From IMG/VR virus record IMGVR_UViG_3300038960_000189: a stretch of 64,000 nucleotides of DNA. One strand, given 5' to 3'. This document shows, in pieces, positions 1 to 9,448 of the stretch. This DNA is from an uncultured virus (IMG/VR IMGVR_UViG_3300038960_000189). Taxonomy: Duplodnaviria; Heunggongvirae; Uroviricota; Caudoviricetes. The notes under the pieces were generated by a model. The model was not told the DNA's origin, ran no database searches, and was given only the letters and a program-made list of their open reading frames with translations. The translations under genes were made by a program, and so were the position numbers. Every line of letters begins with the position of its first letter. Positions within the stretch are counted from its first letter, which is position 1.

Positions 1-363
1 GCTCATTTTAAATCCTTATATAGTTCCTTAATATAATATAAATATGACACAATAAGTATATATGCCCATATATTCGATAAAGAGCACCTATATAGCAAAA
101 AATCTATGCTCACAATAAAAATTGGTATTACGACACCATCCTCCGCTGGATGAAGGGGGGCGTTAACGAAACCACCCCCTACCCCCCTGGTTTGACCCCT
201 ATAGCCCCCGGTTTGCCCCACCCTACCCCTTGTTCTACCCTAGCCCCCTTTGTTATACCCTATACCCTAGAACAGTAGAATAGACCCGGGGTCTTATTAA
301 AAGGAGTCCCGAGTCTATCTTGCTAGCTCTCCTCTATCGGCTAGCTCTATATTATATACTATA

Positions 364-720
364 CTATGCTGCCTTAGTTATCTTAGTATGATCCTTGCCT
401 TGCTTGTCCTTCACCACACTAATGAAACAATCAATGTCTGAGTAATGTATTCTACCTCTCGTCTTCTTACCGAACATATCATAATTGTAATAATCCATAC
501 TAGTATCTCCTATACGTCTTAGTGTTACTGAGTCAACATATATATACTCTCCTGTCTTGCTATGACAATGATATCTTCTTAGTCTATGGAAGGTACCTTT
601 GTCATCCATCTTTACGCTGAACACTCCGTCCGTGTAACTGTAATACTTCTTTTTGTTGAACTTGAAATACATTCCGCTTTCAATATTCGCTCTTGTGTCA
701 TTTACTTTTTTCTTTGCCAT
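364..720 (-). CDS. hypothetical early protein
   Basis: 118-aa ORF behind the class I promoter cassette (743-774), AAAGATATG start context. Confidence 0.7.
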   Translation of the reverse strand: MAKKKVNDTRANIESGMYFKFNKKKYYSYTDGVFSVKMDDKGTFHRLRRYHCHSKTGEYIYVDSVTLRRIGDTSMDYYNYDMFGKKTRGRIHYSDIDCFISVVKDKQGKDHTKITKAA

Positions 721-742
721 ATCTTTTAATTTTAATTATTTC

Positions 743-774
743 TTAAATATAAGGAAAAGATCAACACGAGTCAA
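743..774 (-). promoter_or_regulatory. class I (putative early) promoter cassette TTGAC(T/A)-N17-TATATT-TAAG; representative copy
   Basis: Minus strand GGTTGACTCGTGTTGATCTTTTCCTTATATTTAAG. Near-identical copies begin at about 1777, 2549, 3538, 3926, 4253, 5058, 5704, 6107, 6493, 6824 and 15585, with variants at 2120, 7178 and 7661; each lies just upstream of a start codon. Confidence 0.85.
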
Positions 775-804
775 CCTTTTCCTTACTTTTATTTTGAGAT
801 ATAA

Positions 805-1755
805 TTACGCTTTAACTATCTGCTCAGCTACCATACTTTCACAATCTTCAAAACCCATTGCACATATCCTGCTAGCCTTTATAAAGCTTCTCAAGTTAAT
901 CTCTACTCCGTCATACTTAGCTTCCAAGTCTTTCATAATCTTCAAAGCCTTTTCTTTAACCTCAACGGGAATCTTAGTTTCCATATCATCCATTAAGTCA
1001 TCTATCCTTTTAAACATCTGCTCCGTGTTCATACTAATATCACTTACAAAGCTTCTACTCTTAATTGCCTCATCTAACTTGCTTTGCGCAATATTAGAGA
1101 TGAATATAATTTTACCAGTAAACTCAAAGTGACGGGGAACCGGATCACCATACGTGTCTTTCAACGGCTTAGTACTAATATAGCTAAGCTTTCTAGTGTC
1201 ATAGCTGTCAAGTGCTGCCTTCAATATATTAACGGCATCGTCATCTTTAAACACGCTATCACAATCATCCAACACAATAATCTTATCACAATTCTCATAC
1301 AGCGTTACAAACAAACCAGCTGCCGTAGCTCTACCTTTAAAGTGCACAAACTGCTTAGCTTCTTCAAGTCCCATATTAGTCAATGTCTTCTTAACCAAAT
1401 AAGTCTTACCTAATCCAGCGCCTCCTGTAATAACTAGCGACGGCTGTATACCTCTACCTACCATCTTAGTCAATCTCTCTAAATTAGAGAACATTACTTT
1501 CGGATCTCTCTTTTCAACAACAGTCATAAAGCTTAGCTTTTGCGGAGCACCTTCCTTAGCCTTACTGCCTACCACAGCATTGTCTAATCTAGTTACTCTA
1601 CCCGTCTCGGGATTAACTGCCAATACTTGCTTATTCTTCTCAGCGTTGCGAATTTGAATATAGCGGATTAAACTTTCTGGAGCTATGCTCCCGGTATCAA
1701 TATTCTTTGCTACCAATTTTCCTTTTAGCCTTACCGGCTCATAAATATTACTCAT
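805..1755 (-). CDS. AAA+ family ATPase
   Basis: Walker A GGAGLGKT, Walker B IIVLDDCD, sensor-I-like IIFISN, arginine-finger-like AIKSRS. Confidence 0.85.
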   Translation of the reverse strand: MSNIYEPVRLKGKLVAKNIDTGSIAPESLIRYIQIRNAEKNKQVLAVNPETGRVTRLDNAVVGSKAKEGAPQKLSFMTVVEKRDPKVMFSNLERLTKMVGRGIQPSLVITGGAGLGKTYLVKKTLTNMGLEEAKQFVHFKGRATAAGLFVTLYENCDKIIVLDDCDSVFKDDDAVNILKAALDSYDTRKLSYISTKPLKDTYGDPVPRHFEFTGKIIFISNIAQSKLDEAIKSRSFVSDISMNTEQMFKRIDDLMDDMETKIPVEVKEKALKIMKDLEAKYDGVEINLRSFIKASRICAMGFEDCESMVAEQIVKA

Positions 1756-1837
1756 ATCTCTTAATTTAATTATTTCTTAAATATAAGGAAAAAATCAATG
1801 CGAGTCAACCTTTTCCTTATATTTTTTTCAACTTTTT

Positions 1838-2098
1838 TTAAATGTTTTTTTCTGAAAACAACAATAATTTTTGAAGATCCTTTTTGGCTTTCTTCGAAGT
1901 GGATCCAGCTCCCAGGTGAAAATTCATATGTATACTATTATTGTAATCTGCCTGGGTGATGTTATCTCCCAACGCTCCTTTTAGATGTGGGAACCGTTCA
2001 ACCATTCTATCAAACATCTCGAGGTGATGGTCTTCACAGTGCTGGTAGTACTCGATCAGATTCTCAATTCGCTTAATCAACTTTTTGTGCTTTTTCAT
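1838..2098 (-). CDS. hypothetical early protein
   Basis: 86-aa ORF with AGAGATATG start and an upstream promoter variant. Confidence 0.7.
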   Translation of the reverse strand: MKKHKKLIKRIENLIEYYQHCEDHHLEMFDRMVERFPHLKGALGDNITQADYNNSIHMNFHLGAGSTSKKAKKDLQKLLLFSEKNI

Positions 2099-2177
2099 AT
2101 CTCTTAATTTTTAATTTACTTAAATATAAGACCTTTTACGTTAGGATCCTAATCTTTTCGAAACTTTTTTTAGGTGG

Positions 2178-2525
2178 CTATTTGTATCTAGCCACCCATC
2201 CATACTTCATCATGTCTTCGACAGCCCACTCATCATCACCCCACACATAATGCGCATCTGCATCATCTAACCATCTCAGTGCCGTTTCCTTATCGACGCC
2301 CATTTCCATAACCTTTGCAATGGATCTCTCTTCTGCAGCATTCTCGTCGGCTTCCTGCTGATCTAATAGCAACATCAGGTTATTAACAAAGTCTTCTAAA
2401 TCCGCATTGGAGAATGCATCCCAATCGTAACCTCTCGGACGCTGTCCATACACATCCTTATACAAATCCGAGACCCATAACATAACTTCGTCTCTCTGTG
2501 CTTCGTTTCTAATTTCTATTGCCAT
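2178..2525 (-). CDS. hypothetical phage protein (SDLYKDVYGQRPR motif)
   Basis: ORF with class I cassette; motif resembles small acidic proteins of large myoviruses (recalled, not searched). Confidence 0.7.
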   Translation of the reverse strand: MAIEIRNEAQRDEVMLWVSDLYKDVYGQRPRGYDWDAFSNADLEDFVNNLMLLLDQQEADENAAEERSIAKVMEMGVDKETALRWLDDADAHYVWGDDEWAVEDMMKYGWVARYK

Positions 2526-2597
2526 ATCTCTTAATTTTTTAATTTATATAAATATAAGAAATAAATCAATGCGAGTCAAGCAAATTGCAAACTTTTT

Positions 2598-3353
2598 TTA
2601 CAGATACTGTAACAACTTATCGATCCCTTTAACTTGCTTTAAAGCACACTCACCTTGTCTTACCAACTGTCTAGCTCTTTCACCTGTCACCTCTAACTCT
2701 TCGGCTATATGCTCCATGTGCATAGGATACTCTCTGTCAATGCCATAAAACATCTTAACGGCATCTCTTTGCTTAGGCTTTAAACTATTCAATGCTACAT
2801 TTAATAACTCTTTAAGATCTGTTACCTCGTGCTTTGCTTTTGCTTGCTCTCCGGATAAGTATCTGTCAGCATATGTTTCACTATCCTCATCATCACCAAC
2901 CTTTTTGCTAGTGCTAAGAGTTGAGAAGTCTTTGCCTTCTGTCATTGTTTTATGAGAAGGGATCCTTACCACTCTACTTAAGTCATTCAATGCTTTCTGC
3001 AATTCAGCTCTCACATACCATACTGCGAAGCTAATAAACTTAACACCTCTGCTCGGATCGAATCTCTTAACTGCTTCAAACAATCCTAAGTTAGCTACCT
3101 GTATCAAATCTTCGAGCTCTAAGCCCATTCCCTGATACTGCTTAGCTACTTGCACAGCAAATCGCAAATTCGACTCCACTAACATATTCTGAGCTTCTTT
3201 GTCTCCTGCTAGAGCTTGTTCAGCCAATGCCGTTTCTGTATACTTGTCTAATAGAGGAGCCTTCTTAATTTCTCCCATATACTTTTTGACGCTGGGAGTG
3301 TCTGTCATAACAGCTCCCGTGCTTACATATATCTTACCCATTGTATAACTCAA
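2598..3353 (-). CDS. RNA polymerase sigma-70 family factor (RpoD/RpoS-like)
   Basis: Region 1.2 (YMGEIKKAPLL), region 2 (LVESNLRFAVQVAKQYQGMGLELEDLIQVANLGL...FDPSRGVKFISFAVWYVR), region 4 HTH (EHIAEELEVTGERARQL). Confidence 0.95.
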   Translation of the reverse strand: MSYTMGKIYVSTGAVMTDTPSVKKYMGEIKKAPLLDKYTETALAEQALAGDKEAQNMLVESNLRFAVQVAKQYQGMGLELEDLIQVANLGLFEAVKRFDPSRGVKFISFAVWYVRAELQKALNDLSRVVRIPSHKTMTEGKDFSTLSTSKKVGDDEDSETYADRYLSGEQAKAKHEVTDLKELLNVALNSLKPKQRDAVKMFYGIDREYPMHMEHIAEELEVTGERARQLVRQGECALKQVKGIDKLLQYL

Positions 3354-3516
3354 TTAATGCCAGAGGACTAAATACTGCCTCATCTTGCTTTTTAACTACT
3401 TTCTTATTTCTTAACGCCTGTGCTACAGCGCTATTCTTATTTGAGGACTTTGCGTCTCTCTTAAACCTCGCAATAATTCTATCCTGCGCGTCATAACCTT
3501 TTCTTACTTTTGCCAT
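3334..3516 (-). CDS. small basic hypothetical protein
   Basis: 60-aa ORF behind the class I cassette at 3538; overlaps the sigma start. Confidence 0.65.
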   Translation of the reverse strand: MAKVRKGYDAQDRIIARFKRDAKSSNKNSAVAQALRNKKVVKKQDEAVFSPLALIELYNG

Positions 3517-3597
3517 ATCTTTTAATTATTAATTTACTTAAATATAAGGAAAAGATCGATGCGTGTCAACCTTTTCCTTAACTTTTTTTAAACTTTT

Positions 3598-3897
3598 TTA
3601 CTCAAAATCCTCCCCAATAAAGCCATAACCTTTGTCATTAACGGCATCTAATATTTCATCAAATAACTCAATACCTTCATCTTCTGTCAATCCAAATTTC
3701 TCACAATCATCCTCATCCTCCAAATTAAATTCAGTATCTCCGTCTATTAAATGTATACTTGTAAATCCATCATACGTGTCCAAGTAAAATTCATATACAT
3801 TTGTACCTACACCTAGCATCATGTTTAACTCAATCGTACCTTCAACGTGTCTTTCAAAACCGTCATAACTTTTAGGATCATTTATTTTAACTTTCAT
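3598..3897 (-). CDS. acidic hypothetical early protein
   Basis: ORF with AGAGATATG start and cassette; very D/E-rich. Confidence 0.7.
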   Translation of the reverse strand: MKVKINDPKSYDGFERHVEGTIELNMMLGVGTNVYEFYLDTYDGFTSIHLIDGDTEFNLEDEDDCEKFGLTEDEGIELFDEILDAVNDKGYGFIGEDFE

Positions 3898-3975
3898 ATC
3901 TCTTAATTTTTAATTTTTAATTTACTTAAATATAAGCAAAATACCCGTGCGTGTCAAGCATTTTGCAAACTTTTT

Positions 3976-4230
3976 TTACATGTTATATTCTTCTCTAATA
4001 CCATCCAAAATGTGATATAACAAATTAATTAATTCAGTCACTTCAACTAAACTAGTGTCTTCATTAAATTCATCATTATTAATGTACTCCATAAACAAAT
4101 CAAATTTGTTTTCATCAGTCAACCACTCATCCATAAACTCTAGTACACTATCTCCACCAATATCTGTGTAGCCATATATCTTACCATATAATACTCCTAC
4201 TTCCTGTTCTAAACTTTGTTTTGTAACCAT
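3976..4230 (-). CDS. acidic hypothetical early protein
   Basis: Start re-set to the ATG in AGAGATATG (MVTKQ...); the longer ORF-track start lies inside the promoter. Confidence 0.7.
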   Translation of the reverse strand: MVTKQSLEQEVGVLYGKIYGYTDIGGDSVLEFMDEWLTDENKFDLFMEYINNDEFNEDTSLVEVTELINLLYHILDGIREEYNM

Positions 4231-4313
4231 ATCTCTTAATTTTAATAATTTCTTAAATATAAGAAAAAAAAGAACACGAGTCAAGCATTTTGCAAGAAAA
4301 GTTTAAACTTTTT

Positions 4314-4835
4314 TTAGTTCCTTAACATATAGGATTCCATTGCATCTAACAAGTATTCTTTCTCTTCCAGGAACACTTTTGCAAAGCTTGGATCCTCTTT
4401 CAATATTGACTCGGAGTTATGCTCGATGTCAATTAACTTTATTTGCTTTGCTTCTGTGCTAACCATAGCTAACCTTTCAGCTTCCAATTTCTTCCTCTGC
4501 TTTCGATTTAGGAAAGGGAAGTTGTGTTTTGTATACACATCAGTCAATTCAACAACTAATAACAATATAGCTTCTGCTTTCTCTGGACGGAACTCTTCAT
4601 GCAACCATACTCTCAATTGATCATGAGTAACAGCTGTGTCTTCTAACACGTCATGCAATAAAGCTGCAGCTACCATATTCATATTGTCATATAAATCTTG
4701 AACTCTGCTAGCTACTTCGATCGGATGAGTGATATAGTCTTGATCGCTGTATTTTCTTTTCTGACCTCTATGAGCATATCTTGCAAACTCTTCTACGTTG
4801 TGAGGATAAACTTCTATGTCTTCTATGTTCTGCAT
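4314..4835 (-). CDS. HD-domain small alarmone hydrolase (SpoT-HD/Mesh1-like)
   Basis: AHRGQKRK...YITHP, AALLHDVLEDT, V.ELTD and IKLID..HN motifs of the RelA/SpoT hydrolase domain; no synthetase domain. Confidence 0.85.
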   Translation of the reverse strand: MQNIEDIEVYPHNVEEFARYAHRGQKRKYSDQDYITHPIEVASRVQDLYDNMNMVAAALLHDVLEDTAVTHDQLRVWLHEEFRPEKAEAILLLVVELTDVYTKHNFPFLNRKQRKKLEAERLAMVSTEAKQIKLIDIEHNSESILKEDPSFAKVFLEEKEYLLDAMESYMLRN

Positions 4836-5038
4836 TATACTTTTAATTTAAATTCGTGACACCATACTTTTTTTGATACTCGATGCAATCTGCCTAATGC
4901 ATCCTGTAGTCGGAATCTTTTTTCATCCGTTGGCTCTTCTTTGAAATCCTTTTTAGATTTAAGGACTGCTAACCTTGCAACCTCTTTCATTGCCTTTAAG
5001 GTTTCGTGTCGTAACATTATCTCTGAATGATGATTCAT
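4835..5038 (-). CDS. hypothetical early protein
   Basis: ORF behind the cassette at 5058. Confidence 0.6.
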   Translation of the reverse strand: MNHHSEIMLRHETLKAMKEVARLAVLKSKKDFKEEPTDEKRFRLQDALGRLHRVSKKVWCHEFKLKV

Positions 5039-5340
5039 ATCTTTATTTTTTAATTACTTAAATATAAGAAAAATATCAATACGTGTCAACCTTTTAGTCA
5101 CTTTTTTTATGTTTTATTTTTCGAGTGTATTTCTTCTTGTTGCGATGAATTCGTTTTTTCATCACATCCTGAATTTCCTGCTGAGTAACTTTAATCGTTT
5201 TCATATCCCAATTCTTTTCTCAATTGCTTAACTCGCTTTTGTATTTCGCTGTTAATTATCTTATCACATATAAATAATGTTAACGACATCGATAACACAA
5301 AACTCAATAATATTATTCCTAATAACATATCTCTTAATTT

Positions 5341-5547
5341 TTACCAGCCTAATTCTTCCTTAGCTTCTCTGGGAAGATATCCCAACTGCTGTCCTTCTTC
5401 TAAATAAATAACATCTTCTTCATCAACATGTGCCAGTACTGCATCTAGGATACTGTACTCAAAAGGCCAATTGGGCTGCGAAGCAAATCTTACTTCCATG
5501 TCATCATCATAATGTTCCAATATTCTTTTTAATTCACTTACTGTCAT
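5341..5547 (-). CDS. hypothetical phage protein (MTVSELKRILEHYDDDMEV-type)
   Basis: AGAGATATG start; N-terminal pattern common in small phage proteins. Confidence 0.7.
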   Translation of the reverse strand: MTVSELKRILEHYDDDMEVRFASQPNWPFEYSILDAVLAHVDEEDVIYLEEGQQLGYLPREAKEELGW

Positions 5548-6165
5548 ATCTCTTATTTTTCTAATTCAACATTACCGATATTCTCAGCTAAACTCTGTAA
5601 AGCTTCGTCTTCAGTCATATTCCATCTTTGCATCAAGAAGTTAACCAACTCCCATCCTACTAATTCTCTTTCGTTACTCATATCTCTTAATTCTAATAAT
5701 TTCTTAAATATAAGAAAAATATCAATACGAGTCAACCTTTTTGTTAACTTTTTTTAAACTTTTTTTCATTCCCATGGTCCATCATAATAACTTCCTGTTT
5801 TTATAAAATTTTCTGCTTTTTGTTCCCAATAATAATCTCTTTTACTTTCTTCTAAACTGTCTAACAATTCATTTTGGAATTCGGCAAGAGCTTCTCTCTC
5901 TTTGTCTGTCATGTAACGTGGCATAATTAAAATTGTATTAATTCAATAATCAACTCACCGGTACCAACACCATTTTTTGTTATCTCATATCCCGGATCCA
6001 TACCGCCGGAAACAACATCGTCTAACAACTCATCGATCGTGTCAAACTCTTCATCATAATATTTGCAATCTAAACTATACATATCTCTATTTTTTAAAAT
6101 TAATACTTAAATATAAGAAAAAAAAGTACACGTGTCAACCTTTTTGCATACTTTTTTTAAAAAAG

Positions 6166-6471
6166 TTATTCACAATGTAAAGTGGTTGGATATACAACAT
6201 CATCAAGAAATGCATCATAATAACCTGCTAATTGCCAACCTGAGCCACAACCATAATTAATAACTGTTATATCACAATCATCTAATTCAAATTGCACATA
6301 TGCACCTTTTATAATAATTGTTATTTTATCAGATAAGCTATCATATGTTAACTCATAGCTGTCATAATCAAAAACATTAGCTAAATTGTTAATGGGCATA
6401 CCAGTTTCATTTTCTAGTGCTTCACCATATATTTTTGTAATATCCTCAAAACTTAAATGTAATTTATTCAT
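6166..6471 (-). CDS. acidic hypothetical early protein
   Basis: ORF behind the cassette at 6493. Confidence 0.65.
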   Translation of the reverse strand: MNKLHLSFEDITKIYGEALENETGMPINNLANVFDYDSYELTYDSLSDKITIIIKGAYVQFELDDCDITVINYGCGSGWQLAGYYDAFLDDVVYPTTLHCE

Positions 6472-6551
6472 ATCTTTTAATTTTATAATTTCTTAAATAT
6501 AAGAAAAAAAGGGATACGTGTCAACCATATCCCTAATTATTTTTAAAAAAG

Positions 6552-6803
6552 TTATTCACATCTCAAATCCGCCAACGCGTCTTTATGCGCATCTAATAAA
6601 CGGGATAATGTGTCTACATCTAAATTAACGGGATCGTAATCATCAATCATCGCCTCCAAACAAATACTATACTCATCGTCTAACTCATATTTAGTCACGT
6701 ACTCATCTAACACATTTAGTGCCTCATCGCCTAATCTATCTGTAAAAGCGTATATATTATTATACGTCTCATCAATTAACTCTAATATTTCTTTTCTTTT
6801 CAT
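6552..6803 (-). CDS. acidic hypothetical early protein
   Basis: ORF behind the cassette at 6824; pattern similar to 3976..4230 (IY[GA][YF]TD..GD....DE). Confidence 0.65.
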   Translation of the reverse strand: MKRKEILELIDETYNNIYAFTDRLGDEALNVLDEYVTKYELDDEYSICLEAMIDDYDPVNLDVDTLSRLLDAHKDALADLRCE

Positions 6804-6882
6804 ATCTCAATTTTTAAATTTACTTAAATATAAGAAAAAAATTAACACGTGTCAACCTTTTTCTAAACTTTTTTTATTTTTT

Positions 6883-7152
6883 TTAATATACTTTTTTAAT
6901 TACCCACATAATTTCACCCTCTTCATTTACACTTAATTTGTCTAAACAAATATATTTACTTTTAATTTCGTTTAAAAAATTATTAAATTTGCTAATATAT
7001 TTACTATTACTCATATTGTCGGGATCGCTACTAAATAACTCTAAAAAATAATTTAAATTACTCTCATTAATTCCAAATAATTTATTTTTTACTATTTCAA
7101 AATCACTTACTACAAATATATTATCACTTAATTTATACACTTCATTTTTCAT
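6883..7152 (-). CDS. hypothetical early protein, extremely C-poor coding strand
   Basis: ORF behind the variant cassette at 7178. Confidence 0.6.
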   Translation of the reverse strand: MKNEVYKLSDNIFVVSDFEIVKNKLFGINESNLNYFLELFSSDPDNMSNSKYISKFNNFLNEIKSKYICLDKLSVNEEGEIMWVIKKVY

Positions 7153-7248
7153 ATTTTATATTTTTTAAATTTAACACTTAAATATAAGTAAAAAAGGGCA
7201 AATAAACAAATATTTACCCTATTATTTTTAAAAAAGTTATTCACAATT

Positions 7249-7494
7249 TTATTTTAATAACTCACACTCAAATTCAAACACGTCATTTAATAATAAATAA
7301 AAACTATTACTGCCGTCATATACTAATTTGTCATAATTTAAATTATTATCAAAATCTACATATTCACTTAAATCATCATCTACTTTAATTTTGTCAATTA
7401 AATTATTAACATTATCAGCCTTAACTATTTTACTTATTAACTTGTCATTACTTACGCCATAATAACACTCATTTACATTTACTTTATATCTCAT
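7249..7494 (-). CDS. hypothetical early protein, extremely C-poor coding strand
   Basis: ORF downstream of the variant cassette at 7661, via a 47-aa ORF at 7494-7637. Confidence 0.6.
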   Translation of the reverse strand: MRYKVNVNECYYGVSNDKLISKIVKADNVNNLIDKIKVDDDLSEYVDFDNNLNYDKLVYDGSNSFYLLLNDVFEFECELLK

Positions 7495-7749
7495 TATTCA
7501 TTTATTAAAATTACTACTTTATTTATCTCGTCTAATACTTTACTAATATTAAATTCACTACTATTAAACGTCATAAATAAATCGTCTTCACATTTATATA
7601 AACAATTTAATAACTCATTTTTTTCACTTTTACTCATATATTATATTTTTAAATTAACACTTAAATATAAGTATAATTTTTCAAATAAACAAATATTTTA
7701 GCAGAAAAGTTTAAACAAAGTGCTTTGTAATTCAAACCTATTTGTACTG

Positions 7750-7825
7750 AAAGTAAGAAAGGAGCAGGGCGATGAACTCCTACTCCTTATAGAGATATGG
7801 CTATTTGACGCATAGCTACGTGATC
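7750..7825 (-). ncRNA. candidate 3'-UTR sRNA 1: pseudoknot + CAUAUCUCU seed + intrinsic terminator
   Basis: Minus strand CGUAGCUAUGCGUCAAAUAGC-CAUAUCUCU-AU-AAGGAGUAGG(loop)CCUGCUCCUU-UCUUACUUU; paralog at 25050-25135. Confidence 0.6.
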
Positions 7826-7843
7826 TATTTAATGTCTAGGCGA

Positions 7844-8071
7844 CTAAATATTGTCTGGTCCCGCCGTCCTGATCGCTTTTGGGACATAAATTTGTTTCTT
7901 GGTTAGATATTCAATTTGCTTGTCTACAAAGTAATCTAACTTCTTTTTGGTATATAGGATCGCTCCTATGTCTTCATTCTGGAACTCTTGGTCTAGTCTT
8001 TCCAAATAGTAATTTACTTTTTGTTCATAACCATTTGTGTAATTTCTTTTGTAATAGGTCTTCTTATCCAT
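7844..8071 (-). CDS. hypothetical protein
   Basis: Start re-set to MDKKTYY, downstream of class II promoter 8090-8118. Confidence 0.65.
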   Translation of the reverse strand: MDKKTYYKRNYTNGYEQKVNYYLERLDQEFQNEDIGAILYTKKKLDYFVDKQIEYLTKKQIYVPKAIRTAGPDNI

Positions 8072-8089
8072 ATCTTCTATTTTTTCTAT

Positions 8090-8118
8090 ATTATAAGAAA
8101 ACAAAAAGTAGAATCCAA
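8090..8118 (-). promoter_or_regulatory. class II (putative middle) promoter TTGGAT-N17-TAT(A/T)AT; representative copy
   Basis: Exact 17-bp spacing in copies with the -10 box at 8090, 10406, 15125, 16213, 18624, 24629, 26287, 52513 and 59180; variant at 63003. Confidence 0.8.
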
Positions 8119-8140
8119 CCGTACGCGCGTAAAAAAGTTT

Positions 8141-8582
8141 TCTAAAAATAAATCCTGGCCGGACCGGCTATGCCCAAATATAATCTAAAAATAGAATATC
8201 AATCTAAAAATAACACACTTTGGTCTAAAAGTAAAACCCGGATCGATCCCTTCTAAAAGTAAATTCTTCAGCTCCCCAGTATCGTTTCGTCTAAAAATAA
8301 AACCTATTCCGTCTAAAAGTAAATTGTATATAATATACTATATATATAGGACTAAAAATAGACCACCTTCCTTCTAAAAATAAAACACGCATATACATAT
8401 ATTGGACTAAAAATAAATGGCTTATTTCGTCTAAAAGTAAACAAGGGGAGGGAGATGGGGACCTGGCTTCTAAAAGTAAAATGCTTTGGTCTAAAAATAA
8501 ATGCGCATTTCGTCTAAAAATAACATACTTTGGTCTAAAAGTAAACGTTCATATAACGCTCATATATTGGACTAAAAATAAA
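8141..8582 (+). repeat. iteron-like array of (T/A)CTAAAA(A/G)TA(A/G) direct repeats
   Basis: 16 copies at 8141, 8184, 8203, 8224, 8252, 8290, 8312, 8351, 8373, 8406, 8430, 8469, 8490, 8513, 8534 and 8571, plus one at 8821; non-coding. Confidence 0.9.
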
Positions 8583-9238
8583 CAATGCCCCTCTCCCTCC
8601 ACCTTACCTTAATAAAGAGCATACACGCAGTAAAAACTTTTAATACTGGGAGAAAGGGACCTTTACATTCTACCACTCCATTACTACACACGATTCTGGA
8701 TGCGGGTATATATCTGTATATAATAAAAGTACTTTGAAATTCAAATCGATTTGGGATCAGTAAATATCTAATAGACACCAGAGCAAATAGTATCCAGGTA
8801 GTAAAATATCAAAACTTTGCTCTAAAAATACTTGTGCCTTTAATTGTCTATAATAGATGCTATTGCTATAATTAATCCTGACACTAATGCTATAGCTACT
8901 AATAATACAATTCGTTCTTCCATGTTTACTTCTTTATTCTATTACTATAATGATCGTATAATATATAAGAGCAATAGCCGAACAAAGCTATTATTAATAC
9001 ATATGGATATAACACTACAACTGGTAATGCTAATATTGCTACTGCTATCCAGGCAATAGCTACTTCTTCTTTAGTTCTCATTTCACTTTATTTTTTTAAT
9101 AAACGATCTTTTAATTCATCTGCAATATCCGTAACTTTTTTTACTATCCATGTTACTAATCCAACAATTGCTAATACTGGAAATACTAATATACCTATTG
9201 CTGCTAATATATAATCTCTAATGTTTTCTTTCATCCCG

Positions 9239-9448
9239 TTAAAATGGTAAGTCATTTTTCTTTTCTAATTCTTTTTCTGCATCTCGCATTTGTACAAACC
9301 AATCATATGTAACATTGGTACACACAACTATTGCTTCATGATCCGAAGGTACTTGATCATATGTTCTCCACCAACTGCTAGGGAACTGTCCTCGTTTGAT
9401 CATTTCTAATGAATCTTCTTTAACCCAAATTTGTATTACTGGTTTCAC
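9239..9448 (-). CDS. hypothetical protein
   Basis: 69-aa ORF in a tightly packed minus-strand run. Confidence 0.6.
   Translation of the reverse strand: MKPVIQIWVKEDSLEMIKRGQFPSSWWRTYDQVPSDHEAIVVCTNVTYDWFVQMRDAEKELEKKNDLPF

Noticed and set aside
3..221. 72-aa ORF as a real gene
   Set aside because: It starts inside the G-tract region behind terminator-like hairpins and lacks the promoter and start signals of neighbouring genes.
8141..8582. CRISPR array
   Set aside because: The repeat is only about 11 bp, spacing is irregular (19-43 nt), the intervening sequences are partly repetitive, and there is no cas operon; the Cas4-like nuclease at 51 kb is a common stand-alone phage gene.
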